Shown piece by piece: positions 17,057 to 26,070 of a stretch of 48,484 bases of DNA. The stretch is from a virus (taxonomy: Duplodnaviria > Caudoviricetes). The stretch's first letter is position 1. The number at the start of each line of letters is the position of its first letter. The stretch lies in the IMG/VR virus record IMGVR_UViG_3300037515_000269, positions 1-48,484 of that record; one strand, given 5' to 3'. Under the pieces are notes generated by a model. That model was not told the origin of the DNA and searched no databases. It worked only from the letters and a program-made list of their open reading frames with translations. Position numbers and translations under genes: made by a program.

Positions 17057-17712
17057 TCAACCACGAGCAGATGCAGCAGGCCATGCGGGACCGGGCGCTC
17101 ACGCTGTCCGTCGTGACGACGGGGGCGACGAGCGTGTCCGCGACCGCCACCGGCTACGCGCGCGCGGCCGGCTCGTTCCTCACCGATGGGTTCCGGGTCG
17201 GCATGGAGCTGGTGGGCACGAGCTTCAGCTTCGCGGCCAACAATGCGGCCAAGGCGATCACCGCGGTGGACGCGCTCACCCTGACCTGTGCGGGCTGCGT
17301 CGTCGAAACCGCAGGCACCCGGACCCTCACCGTGGGCCTCCCGGCGTTGCGTGACTGGGAGAACCTGCCGTTCACGTCGGTGGTCGGTCGGCCCTATGTC
17401 CGAGAGCAGTACCTGCCGGGCCCGATGGCCCAGGTGACCTTGGGCTCCCTGGGCGAACTCGAGGCCGATCCGCTGTACGTGCTCCAGATCTTCGCGCCGG
17501 CGAATACCGGGGTCCTGGCCGCGGCGAAATACGCTGATGCCCTGCTCGCCCACTTCGCCCCCCGGACGGCGCTGACCCTGAGTTCCGGGGATGTGCTCAC
17601 CGTGCGGACCAATCCCGCGCCATTCCGCGGCCAGCTGACCCAGGACGTCCCCGGCTGGGCTGTGGTCCCGGTCACGATCCCGTTCCGTTGTCGCACCGCG
17701 ACAGTCACCTAG
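17053..17712 (+). CDS. Tail terminator-like protein with inserted beta domain
   Basis: WENLPF...PYVR, QIFAPANTG, VPVTIPF; directly before tail tube. Confidence 0.65.
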   Translation: MINHEQMQQAMRDRALTLSVVTTGATSVSATATGYARAAGSFLTDGFRVGMELVGTSFSFAANNAAKAITAVDALTLTCAGCVVETAGTRTLTVGLPALRDWENLPFTSVVGRPYVREQYLPGPMAQVTLGSLGELEADPLYVLQIFAPANTGVLAAAKYADALLAHFAPRTALTLSSGDVLTVRTNPAPFRGQLTQDVPGWAVVPVTIPFRCRTATVT

Positions 17713-17724
17713 AGGAGTGGTCCC

Positions 17725-18936
17725 ATGGCCTTTCAATCCGCATCCAACATCCTCGTGGCGCTCAAGCGCGAGACGACGGAAGGCACGATCATCTCGGCGG
17801 GCAGCGGCACGCGGCTCCGGATCACCGACAGCCCCGGTCTCGCGCTCACGCGCGCCGTGGTGCAGTCGAACGAGAAGCGGGCCGATGGCCTGAAGACGCT
17901 CGGCCGGCTCGGCTACAAGGGCGTCGCCGGCTCGTACAACGCCGAGCTGTCGGCCGGGGGCGGGAACGACATCCTGCTCGAGGCGATCATGCGCGCGGCG
18001 TTCGTGGCCGCGGCGACCCGGACCTACGACAACAGCGCCGGCCTCACGAGCCTCGAGATCACGGACACGGACGAGATCACCCAGGTCGGCACCACCACGC
18101 TGATCGGGGTCGTCTACGTGGGGGACGTCATTCGGCTGGCGAACATGAGCAATGCCGCCAACAACGACATCAACCTGCGCGTGACGGCGGTCACCGCGAC
18201 GGTGATCACCGTGGCCGGGACCCCGCTCACGGTCCAGACCGCCGACATCGCGTGCACGCTCACCGTGCTCAAGCGGGTGAGCACGGCCGCGACGCCGACC
18301 AACTACAGCCACTCGATCGAACAGTACGACCAGGACATCGACCTGTCGGAAGTGTTCCTGGGCTGCCACGTGTCGGGGGTGCGGATCTCCTGCCGGCCGG
18401 GCGAGATGGCGACCGTGGTCTACACGTTCGTCGGGATGGATCGCACGAAGTTCGAGACCGGGACGTCGCCCTACTTCACGACGCCGACGCTGTCCACCAC
18501 GCGGGCGCTGATCGCGGACGACAGCTCGATCCGGATGAACGGGGCCGAGGTCACGAAGTTCACGGGCTTCGAGATCGACTTCCAGATCGCCATGCAGGGG
18601 ACCCCGGTCATCGGCTCCCTGGTGAGGCCGACCGTGTTCGCCAACGATCTCTCGGTGTCGGGGCAGATCACCGGGCTGCGGGAGGACTTCGCCAACCTCA
18701 CGCTGTATGACGCGGAGACCGAGTTCGAGCTGTCCATCCTGCTCCAGGAGCCGAGCGGGGCGCCGAAGGAATGCCTGTCGCTGTTCCTGCCCGTGGTGAA
18801 GATCGGCGGCCTCTCGGCCCCGGTCGGTGGGGGGGATGGCGGCAAGATCGAGACCCTGCCGCTGATGGTGGGGCCGAAGACCGCGGCGACCGGCTACCTC
18901 GGGACGATCGCGACGATCTCGAGCTCGGCCGCCTGA
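17725..18936 (+). CDS. Major tail tube protein
   Basis: SD gagga; KRETTEG, SNEKRADG, SIEQY, FLGCHV; Thr-rich; position. Confidence 0.8.
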   Translation: MAFQSASNILVALKRETTEGTIISAGSGTRLRITDSPGLALTRAVVQSNEKRADGLKTLGRLGYKGVAGSYNAELSAGGGNDILLEAIMRAAFVAAATRTYDNSAGLTSLEITDTDEITQVGTTTLIGVVYVGDVIRLANMSNAANNDINLRVTAVTATVITVAGTPLTVQTADIACTLTVLKRVSTAATPTNYSHSIEQYDQDIDLSEVFLGCHVSGVRISCRPGEMATVVYTFVGMDRTKFETGTSPYFTTPTLSTTRALIADDSSIRMNGAEVTKFTGFEIDFQIAMQGTPVIGSLVRPTVFANDLSVSGQITGLREDFANLTLYDAETEFELSILLQEPSGAPKECLSLFLPVVKIGGLSAPVGGGDGGKIETLPLMVGPKTAATGYLGTIATISSSAA

Positions 18937-19229
18937 TGCGGATCGGCGATGTGGTGACCTACGTGGACGTGGCCGGGCAGGTGGTCCCGGCTCGCGTCGC
19001 GGCCGTCGTGGGGAGCGGGCCGAGCGGCTACAAGGCACTCGACCTCATCACGGCCGCGAGCGAGACCGTGCCGGGCGTGCTCCATGTCGGGGATGCGCCC
19101 CACGGGCCCTGCTGGTGTCGGGAGGGGGACCCGTTGCCGACCCCGGCGCCGGAGCCCCCGACGTGGCCGGACGACGACGAGGAACCCGCGCGCCGCACGC
19201 GCGCCCGGGCAGCGAAGCGGAGCGCCTGA
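18936..19229 (+). CDS. Hypothetical protein
   Basis: TGATG-coupled ORF (MRIGDVVTYV...). Confidence 0.55.
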   Translation: MRIGDVVTYVDVAGQVVPARVAAVVGSGPSGYKALDLITAASETVPGVLHVGDAPHGPCWCREGDPLPTPAPEPPTWPDDDEEPARRTRARAAKRSA

Positions 19230-19230
19230 C

Positions 19231-19297
19231 GTTCCGCGTTCCCGTCGTGCGGTGAGGCCCGGTTGGCTCGCCGGCGTGCCACGGCGGGGACGCGGAA
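19231..19297 (+). other. Long intergenic stem-loop
   Basis: gttccgcgttcccgtcgtg pairs with cacggcgggacgcggaac, with a second inner stem. Confidence 0.6.
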
Positions 19298-19315
19298 CCA
19301 CCCAAGGAGCACACG

Positions 19316-19759
19316 ATGGGCACGCCATCCGGCATCAGCCTCACCCAGTTCGCCGATCTCGCCAGCCAGGAAGAGGCGGGGATCGTGGTGCAGTTGGACG
19401 ATCCCCGGACCGGGGAGCCCGCGACCTACGGTCCCGACCAGAAGCCGGTGACGATCACCGTCGCCGGCTCCTACTCGAAGCGGTTTCAGGATGCCGACTC
19501 CCGGCGCCTGGCCCAGTGGGCCAAACAGCGCCGTGTCCCCAAGGGGATGGAGGTCCAAGAGGGCCAGCGCGAGACCGTGGCGGCCTGCGTGCTGGCCTGG
19601 GATGGCATCTTCGACAAACCCGTGGAGGACGGCGGGACGCCGATGCCCTGCACGCCGGAGAACGTCCGGCAATGGCTCGCCATTCCGCCCATCTTCGCGC
19701 AGGTGTGGGAGGCGATGCACGACCATGAGCGTTTTTTCGGGACGCGCTCGCCGAGCTGA
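19316..19759 (+). CDS. Tail assembly chaperone (gpG-like)
   Basis: SD aaggag; between tube and tape measure; ends at slippery site. Confidence 0.8.
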   Translation: MGTPSGISLTQFADLASQEEAGIVVQLDDPRTGEPATYGPDQKPVTITVAGSYSKRFQDADSRRLAQWAKQRRVPKGMEVQEGQRETVAACVLAWDGIFDKPVEDGGTPMPCTPENVRQWLAIPPIFAQVWEAMHDHERFFGTRSPS

Positions 19760-20142
19760 TCGGCTATGCCCGGCACCAGGCCACGCTCCGCACCCCGGCG
19801 CAGGACGGAGCGACGCGGCGCGCGCACCTCGAAGCCGCCGCGGCCCGTGGCTCGGTGCGGGCCCGGGAAGCCCTCGAAGGGCCCGAGTTCCCCGAGGCGC
19901 TCCGGTATCTGTGGGAGCGGTTCGAGCGGCTGGACGCCATGCGGGAGGCGGGCTTCCACGGGCCCGCGCGCTTCTCGCCGCCGTTTCTCGCCGCCGGTGC
20001 GCGGCTGTTTGGCTGGACGCTGGCGCCGCATGAGGTGGAGGCCCTGACGATGCTCGATCTGGCGACGCTGTATCCGGATCCCACGGACCGGGAGACCCCC
20101 GAACCGCGGACCGATGCGCCGTGGCCGGAGCGGAAGGCGTAG
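19732..20142 (+). CDS. -1 frameshift extension of tail assembly chaperone (gpGT-like)
   Basis: Heptamer T TTT TTC at 19732-19738; -1 frame open to 20142 (YLWERF...EVEAL..LD). Confidence 0.8.
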   Translation, partial: FFRDALAELIGYARHQATLRTPAQDGATRRAHLEAAAARGSVRAREALEGPEFPEALRYLWERFERLDAMREAGFHGPARFSPPFLAAGARLFGWTLAPHEVEALTMLDLATLYPDPTDRETPEPRTDAPWPERKA

Positions 20143-20144
20143 CC

Positions 20145-23100
20145 GTGGACCTGGCCACACTGGGCCTGAGACTCGACGCCACCGACATGGTGACGGGCGC
20201 GGAGCGTGCTCGGACGGCGTTGCGTGGGGTGGACGAGCAGGCCGCGAAGACGTCCCGGGGGGCCGCGCTCCTCCAGCGCACGGTCGTCCAGCTCGGTGCG
20301 GCGTTCTCGGCGTATCAGGCCGCCCGGTGGGCGGCGGAGACCGTGAGCCTCGGCGCCCGGTATCAAACCCTCGGCGTCGTGATGGACGTGCTCGGCCGGA
20401 ATGTCGGGAAGACCCGGACCGAGATGGAGGTCCTCCAGGGGAGTCTCCAGAAGACCGGCATCAGCGCCATCCAAGCCCGCAACAACATCGCCCGCATGAT
20501 CGGGGCGAACCTTGATCTGGCGAACGCGACCCAACTGGCGCGGCTCGCCCAGGATGCGGCCGTGATCGCCAACCTCAACAGCTCGCAGGCGTTCGAACAG
20601 TTGATCGGGGGGATCAGTACCGGCCAGCCGCGGATCCTCCGGACCATGGGGATCTTCGTGGACTTCAATCGCGCGCTCGACGAGCACGCGAAGGCGACGG
20701 GCCGCACCGCTGAGCAGTTGGGCGAGTGGGAGAAGACGAACATCCGGGCGAATGCCACGATGCAGGCCGGGGCGGCGATCGCCGGGGCGTACGAAGCGTC
20801 CCTGGAGACCGCCGGGAAACAGATCCGGTCAGCGGAACGCTACCTCGAAGATGCCCGGGTCGCGGTGTCGCAAGCGTTCCAACCAGCCTATACCGCGGCC
20901 GTGTTCGCCTACGCCGACGCGCTGAAAGCCATCGGCCGGAATGCCGAGACGATCCAGGCCACGCTGCTGGTGGTCGGCGGGCTGGCGGCGGCTGGGGCGC
21001 TCTACTGGATCGGGTACGCCAAGGCGGTCGCGGCCGTCACGCTCGCGCACACCCTCCTGAATGCGTCGATCGCCGCGACGGTGTTCCGGATGGGATTGAT
21101 GGCGGCGGCCGTGGGCACCTTCGCCGTGGCGGCGGCGCCGGTCCTCGTTCTGGCCGGGGCCTTCGCGCTGCTCGTGGCCGCGATCAAGGACGCGCGGAAA
21201 GAAGCGGCCCTGCTCGACCAGGAGATTGCGGACGACGCGAAGCTGTCCCGCACCATGCAGGCGATCCGGTATCGCCGGACCCATGGGACCGAGGCGGCGG
21301 CGCAGTTCTACCCGGAGCTCTACGGCGGCGGTGCGGGACGCGACACGGGTCCGGCCGCGGCGACGGAGGACTACCAGAAGCTCGTTGCGGCGACCCGCTT
21401 GCTCGCCACGGAGCAACTCGCCCTGAATGCGGCGTTTGGGGCGACGGATGCCGAGCTCAAGCGGATCCAGTTGGACTTCGAGCTGCAGCGCGATCTCGCC
21501 GAGGACCGTATCCGCTTCACCGCGACCGAGGCCGCGGCGCTGGCGGTGCTCCGGCAGCGGCTCCACGAGGCGAAGACGGCCGCCATTGACCTGGACGCCG
21601 CGCGGGAGCGGACCCAGAACATCAACGCCAGCATCCTGCGGCAGATCGAGCAGGAGACGGCTGAGTGGGTGCAGCTCCAACTGGCGCGGCGGGCCAGCGG
21701 GCTCGCGGCCGCGGACCTGGAGCGTGAGGTGGACATCCTCCAGCGCGAGGCCGAAGCGCGGCGGATCGGCGCCGAGGCGGTCCGTGCCCTCACCGTGGAA
21801 CTGGCCGGCGAGGCCGCGGTGCGGCAATTGATCGCGGAGAACCCGCTCGCGACCCCCGAAGAACTGGCCCGCGTCCGGCAGTTGGCGCGGATGGCAGCCG
21901 AGCTCCGGACCGAGCTCGTGCCGGACTGGAAGGGCGTCTTTGACGGGATGCAGCGGGCCCTGTCCGACTTCTACGTCCAGGCCGAGCATGATGGGGCCGC
22001 GGCGTTCGCGCGGCTGTTCGCGGAGATCGGCCGGCTGTGGGCGCAGCAGCTCGTCAACCTGAAGGTGCTTTCGGCGCGGGACGCCGGGATCCTCGGGGCG
22101 GGATTCTCGGGCCTCGGGGTCGGGGCCAGTACCGGCGACATCGGGATGGGGGTTATCAGTGGGGGGCTCGCTGGGGCGCCATTCGGTGCGGCTGGTATAG
22201 CCGTAGGGGCGTTGGGTGGACTTGCGGGTGGGCTCAGTGCGCTGGGTCGCTCGGCCGAGGAAGCCCGACGGCGGATTGCCACGTTCGAGCGTGCCCTGAC
22301 GACGGCCATCCTGGATGTGTTCGGCACGGAAACGCAGCGAGCGATCCAGGCCATCCAGAACCAGGCGGCCGAACTCCGCGACGCGGCCCGAGCGGCGTAT
22401 GACGACCCCAACATCTACAAGAGGGCCGGGGACGATGAGGCCCGAGCCAACCAGGAAGACGCGCTGCGCCGAATCAACGAGTTGGAGCGCGAACGGCTCC
22501 TCCTCCTGTGGGCCCAGGCCCGGCTCGCCGATGTGCAGAACCGCCACGACTATCAGGTCCGGCTGCTCGTGGCGCAAGGCCGGGATGATGAAGCCGACGC
22601 GCTGCGGCTGGCCTTGGATCACAGCCGGGAGTACGCCGAGGCGAAGCGGAACGAGGCGAGCGCCACGACCCTCGCCGCCTTGGCCGCGGCCCAGGCAGCC
22701 GAGAAGCAGGCATTGCTGGCGGCGCAACAGCAAGCCGCCGCGGATGCCGCCCGGGACCTGGCCCGGGCCTTTCAGGACCTCGAAGTCCGCCGGCTCCGCG
22801 CGGTGGGATTCGGGGAGGAAGCCGATGCCTTGGCCTTCGCGCTCCAGCAGCAGCGCGAGTACGAGGACGCGGTGCGGGCCGGGACTGATGCGGTGACGCT
22901 GGCGAAGCTCGCCGAAGTCCAGCGGGTGGAAGCGATCCGGTGGGCCGCGGAGACGCAGATCGCCCTCCGGCAGCGGGAAGCCGATGCGGCGCAGCAGGCG
23001 CTCGACGGCCTCCGTCGCACCATCGACACCCTGGAAGACTTCTCCCGCGAGCTGCGGGGCCAGACCGGGACGCCGTTCCAGCAGATCGGGACCGCGCGCG

Positions 23101-23633
23101 CGGAGTTCGAGCGGGTAGCCGCCCTGGCCCGGGCCGGGGATCAGGCCGCAGCGGCCCGGCTGCCGGAGCTGGGCCGGGCGTTCCTGGAAGCGAGCCGGGC
23201 CTATAACGCCTCCGGGCTCGGGTTCCAGCAGGACGCGGCGACGGTGCAGCGGATCATTGACGAGATCACCACGGTGTTCGAGGGCCAGGCCACGATCGAG
23301 CAGCAGAAGCTCGATGCCGCGCTGGCGGAGATCGCGATTCAGCAGTCCATCCTCGATCAGCTCCGGGCCGAGGAAGAGGCGCGCCGCGAGCGCGAAGAGG
23401 AGGAATGGCGCCGCCGCTGGGAGGACAAAGACCTCCGTCGCCGCGAGGAGGATACCCAGCACAAGGAGACGCTGGACGAGCAGCGGAAGACGAATGACCG
23501 GCTCCAGAACAGCGTGGAGGTGCTGACGGACGGGTTCCAGGCCCTCGAAGCCGCCGTGCTGTCCCTGGGGACGACGGTGGACGAGAACACGCAGATCACG
23601 AAGCGCGTGCTCGAAGGGGTGACGCTGCCGTGA
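20145..23633 (+). CDS. Tape measure protein
   Basis: About 1160 aa, Ala-rich helical; DLATLGLRLD start; follows chaperones. Confidence 0.92.
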   Translation: MDLATLGLRLDATDMVTGAERARTALRGVDEQAAKTSRGAALLQRTVVQLGAAFSAYQAARWAAETVSLGARYQTLGVVMDVLGRNVGKTRTEMEVLQGSLQKTGISAIQARNNIARMIGANLDLANATQLARLAQDAAVIANLNSSQAFEQLIGGISTGQPRILRTMGIFVDFNRALDEHAKATGRTAEQLGEWEKTNIRANATMQAGAAIAGAYEASLETAGKQIRSAERYLEDARVAVSQAFQPAYTAAVFAYADALKAIGRNAETIQATLLVVGGLAAAGALYWIGYAKAVAAVTLAHTLLNASIAATVFRMGLMAAAVGTFAVAAAPVLVLAGAFALLVAAIKDARKEAALLDQEIADDAKLSRTMQAIRYRRTHGTEAAAQFYPELYGGGAGRDTGPAAATEDYQKLVAATRLLATEQLALNAAFGATDAELKRIQLDFELQRDLAEDRIRFTATEAAALAVLRQRLHEAKTAAIDLDAARERTQNINASILRQIEQETAEWVQLQLARRASGLAAADLEREVDILQREAEARRIGAEAVRALTVELAGEAAVRQLIAENPLATPEELARVRQLARMAAELRTELVPDWKGVFDGMQRALSDFYVQAEHDGAAAFARLFAEIGRLWAQQLVNLKVLSARDAGILGAGFSGLGVGASTGDIGMGVISGGLAGAPFGAAGIAVGALGGLAGGLSALGRSAEEARRRIATFERALTTAILDVFGTETQRAIQAIQNQAAELRDAARAAYDDPNIYKRAGDDEARANQEDALRRINELERERLLLLWAQARLADVQNRHDYQVRLLVAQGRDDEADALRLALDHSREYAEAKRNEASATTLAALAAAQAAEKQALLAAQQQAAADAARDLARAFQDLEVRRLRAVGFGEEADALAFALQQQREYEDAVRAGTDAVTLAKLAEVQRVEAIRWAAETQIALRQREADAAQQALDGLRRTIDTLEDFSRELRGQTGTPFQQIGTARAEFERVAALARAGDQAAAARLPELGRAFLEASRAYNASGLGFQQDAATVQRIIDEITTVFEGQATIEQQKLDAALAEIAIQQSILDQLRAEEEARREREEEEWRRRWEDKDLRRREEDTQHKETLDEQRKTNDRLQNSVEVLTDGFQALEAAVLSLGTTVDENTQITKRVLEGVTLP

Positions 23634-26068
23634 CCGCCCCGCTGTTCGTCGCCGTGTTGACCGTGTACGACCCGGACCTCCCCGGGACGCGGACCCTGTA
23701 CTACGCGAGCCGCGAGTTCCGGACCGGTCCCGCGGATACGCCGGCCAACACGATCTTCGAGAACGTGCTGCTCCAGCCCGCGGTCCTCCGGCGGGATGCG
23801 TTCGGCGCCGGGACGACGGGCGGGGCCTCGCGGGTGGGCTACGGCGACCTGATCCTCGCCAACGGGGACGGCGCGCTCGATGCCCTGGTGGGCTACGGGT
23901 TCGATGGCCGGGCGATCACGATCTGGCGCACGGAGACGCAGGACCCGACCTATCCGACCGACTTCACGAAGTTCCTCGTGGGCACGATGGAGCAGCCGGA
24001 AGTGGGGCGGGACACCGTGACGATCAAGCTCCGGGACCGCCAGCTCGAAGTCCAGGTGCCGTTGCAGGCCACGAAGTACGCCGGAGATAACAGTCTCCCG
24101 GATGGCCTGGAAGGGGTGGCCGACGATCTCAAGGGGAAGCCGAAACCGCTCTGTTTCGGCAAGGTGCTGAACGTCCCTGCGGTGCTGGTGAACACGTCGA
24201 AGCTGATCTATCAGGTCAACGACGGGGCGATTGCGAGTGTGAGCGGCGTCTACGACCGTGGGGTGCGCCTCGGGAACAACTTCGATACGTGGACTCTGGT
24301 GGATGAGCCGACGGGCATCATCCGGGCTCTGGCGTATGTCCCGGATGGCGCCGTGCTCTATGGGGTGGGTGATGGGGGGACGATCGTATCGAGCGAGGAC
24401 GGCACGACGTGGGGCGACGTCACGAACGACTGGTCAACCACCGACATCACGGCGATCGCGGCCGGGCGCAACACAGCTGCCGGGGAAGCGATTGTGATGG
24501 TGGGGGGGGTGAGCGGCACCCTCTACCTCTACGAGACCCCCTCACTGGACTCGGGCCAAGGAACGGCCGTCACCAGCCAGTTCTCGACGAGCACGATTCG
24601 CGCCCTCCACTACTGGTCCGCGCAGCATCTCTGGATCGCGGTCGGGGACGACGGCAAGATCAGCACCTCGGCCGACGGTGGCCAATCCTGGACCGCGCGG
24701 ACCTCTGGGGTGGCCACGGCGCTATACGGCATTGCGACGAGCCAGAGCCTGATCGTGGTAGTCGGGGCGTCCGGAGTAGTGCGCACGAGCGCGGACGGCA
24801 TCACCTGGACCAGCCGGACCAGCGGGGTCGGCGCCTCGACGATGTATGCCGCGGTCTACGGAGGTGGCCAGTTCGTCGTTGTGGGGGCCGACAGCAAGGT
24901 CGCCGTGTCCGCGAACGGCATCCTGTGGGGACTAGCCACGGGCGGGATGCCGACGCAGCGCGGCATCGTCTACGCCGACGGCCTGTATGTGGTCGCGGGG
25001 GACGATCAAGACATCTCGATCTCCGGGGATGGGATCACGTGGACGCCCCGCGCGGAAGGGGCCACGACGACGGACTATTTCGCCATCGCCCAGGTCGGGG
25101 CGGGGGCCGTCTGTGCGGCGGGCCAGGAAACCGGGGGTGGGGCGGGGGAAGTGTATCGGTGCGCCATCCCGGGGACCTACAGCTCGGCGGCGGATCTCGA
25201 AGACGAAGACCTCGCCCCGGCACCCGGGACCTACAAGGTCTATCTCGCCGGCGGGTACTTCCGGCTGGGGGCTTCCCCGACGGGCCTCATCACCGCGGAC
25301 GTGACCCAGGGCGCCGCAGCAGGGGACCGCACCGCGGGGCAGCTCTTCACCGATGTCCTCACGCTGGCGGGCAAGTCCTCCGGGGACTGGTCGGCGGCCG
25401 ACGTGACGGCCCTCGATACCGCGAACGCGTCCGTGCTCGGCTTCTGGACCGCCGACGAAATGCGGTGTGACGAACTGCTCACCCTGCTCGCCGCGAGCGT
25501 CGGGGCCTGGTGGGGCGTGGATCGGCTCGGCATCTACCGCATCAAGCAGTTGACCGCACCGTCCGGCACACCCGCCGCGGCGTTCGTGGCGGACGACATG
25601 CTGCGGCCGTTGACGCGCGTGGTCCCGAACGATCCCGGCCGCGGGCTGCCGGTGTTCCAGACCATCGTCCGGTGGGGCAAGGTCTACGCGGTGCAGGACG
25701 ATCTGGCCGGTGGGGTGAGCGCCACCCGGCGCGCGCTCGTGAGCAAGGAATGGCGGGAGGCGAAGGACACCGACACCGCCGTGCAGACCATCCACCTGTT
25801 GGCGCCGCAGACCGTCGAGGATTCCCTACTCACGACGGAAGCCAACGCCCAGAGCGAAGCGGATCGCCGCCAGACGCTGCGCGGGGTGCTGCGGCATCTG
25901 TTCGCCACGACGGTGGCGCTCGATGCGGAGACGATGCTGCTGGACCTCGGAGACGTCGCGACGCTGACGCACAGCCGTTACGGACTGTCGGCCGGCAAGG
26001 ACTTCCGGATTCTCGGGATTGAACCCGATGCGCGGGCTGGCAGTCTCGGCCTGAGCGTGTGGGGGTAG
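23630..26068 (+). CDS. Tail tip/hub protein with inserted Asp-box (BNR) beta-propeller
   Basis: GKPKPLCFGKVLNV; five S.DG..W repeats; follows tape measure. Confidence 0.7.
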   Translation: MTAPLFVAVLTVYDPDLPGTRTLYYASREFRTGPADTPANTIFENVLLQPAVLRRDAFGAGTTGGASRVGYGDLILANGDGALDALVGYGFDGRAITIWRTETQDPTYPTDFTKFLVGTMEQPEVGRDTVTIKLRDRQLEVQVPLQATKYAGDNSLPDGLEGVADDLKGKPKPLCFGKVLNVPAVLVNTSKLIYQVNDGAIASVSGVYDRGVRLGNNFDTWTLVDEPTGIIRALAYVPDGAVLYGVGDGGTIVSSEDGTTWGDVTNDWSTTDITAIAAGRNTAAGEAIVMVGGVSGTLYLYETPSLDSGQGTAVTSQFSTSTIRALHYWSAQHLWIAVGDDGKISTSADGGQSWTARTSGVATALYGIATSQSLIVVVGASGVVRTSADGITWTSRTSGVGASTMYAAVYGGGQFVVVGADSKVAVSANGILWGLATGGMPTQRGIVYADGLYVVAGDDQDISISGDGITWTPRAEGATTTDYFAIAQVGAGAVCAAGQETGGGAGEVYRCAIPGTYSSAADLEDEDLAPAPGTYKVYLAGGYFRLGASPTGLITADVTQGAAAGDRTAGQLFTDVLTLAGKSSGDWSAADVTALDTANASVLGFWTADEMRCDELLTLLAASVGAWWGVDRLGIYRIKQLTAPSGTPAAAFVADDMLRPLTRVVPNDPGRGLPVFQTIVRWGKVYAVQDDLAGGVSATRRALVSKEWREAKDTDTAVQTIHLLAPQTVEDSLLTTEANAQSEADRRQTLRGVLRHLFATTVALDAETMLLDLGDVATLTHSRYGLSAGKDFRILGIEPDARAGSLGLSVWG

Positions 26069-26070
26069 CC

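Noticed and set aside
20829-23462. 877-aa minus-strand ORF (likewise 16906-19038, 27441-29018, 35121-36731, 41012-42952)
   Set aside because: Antisense shadows of well-supported + strand genes in high-GC DNA; the translations have no recognisable motifs.
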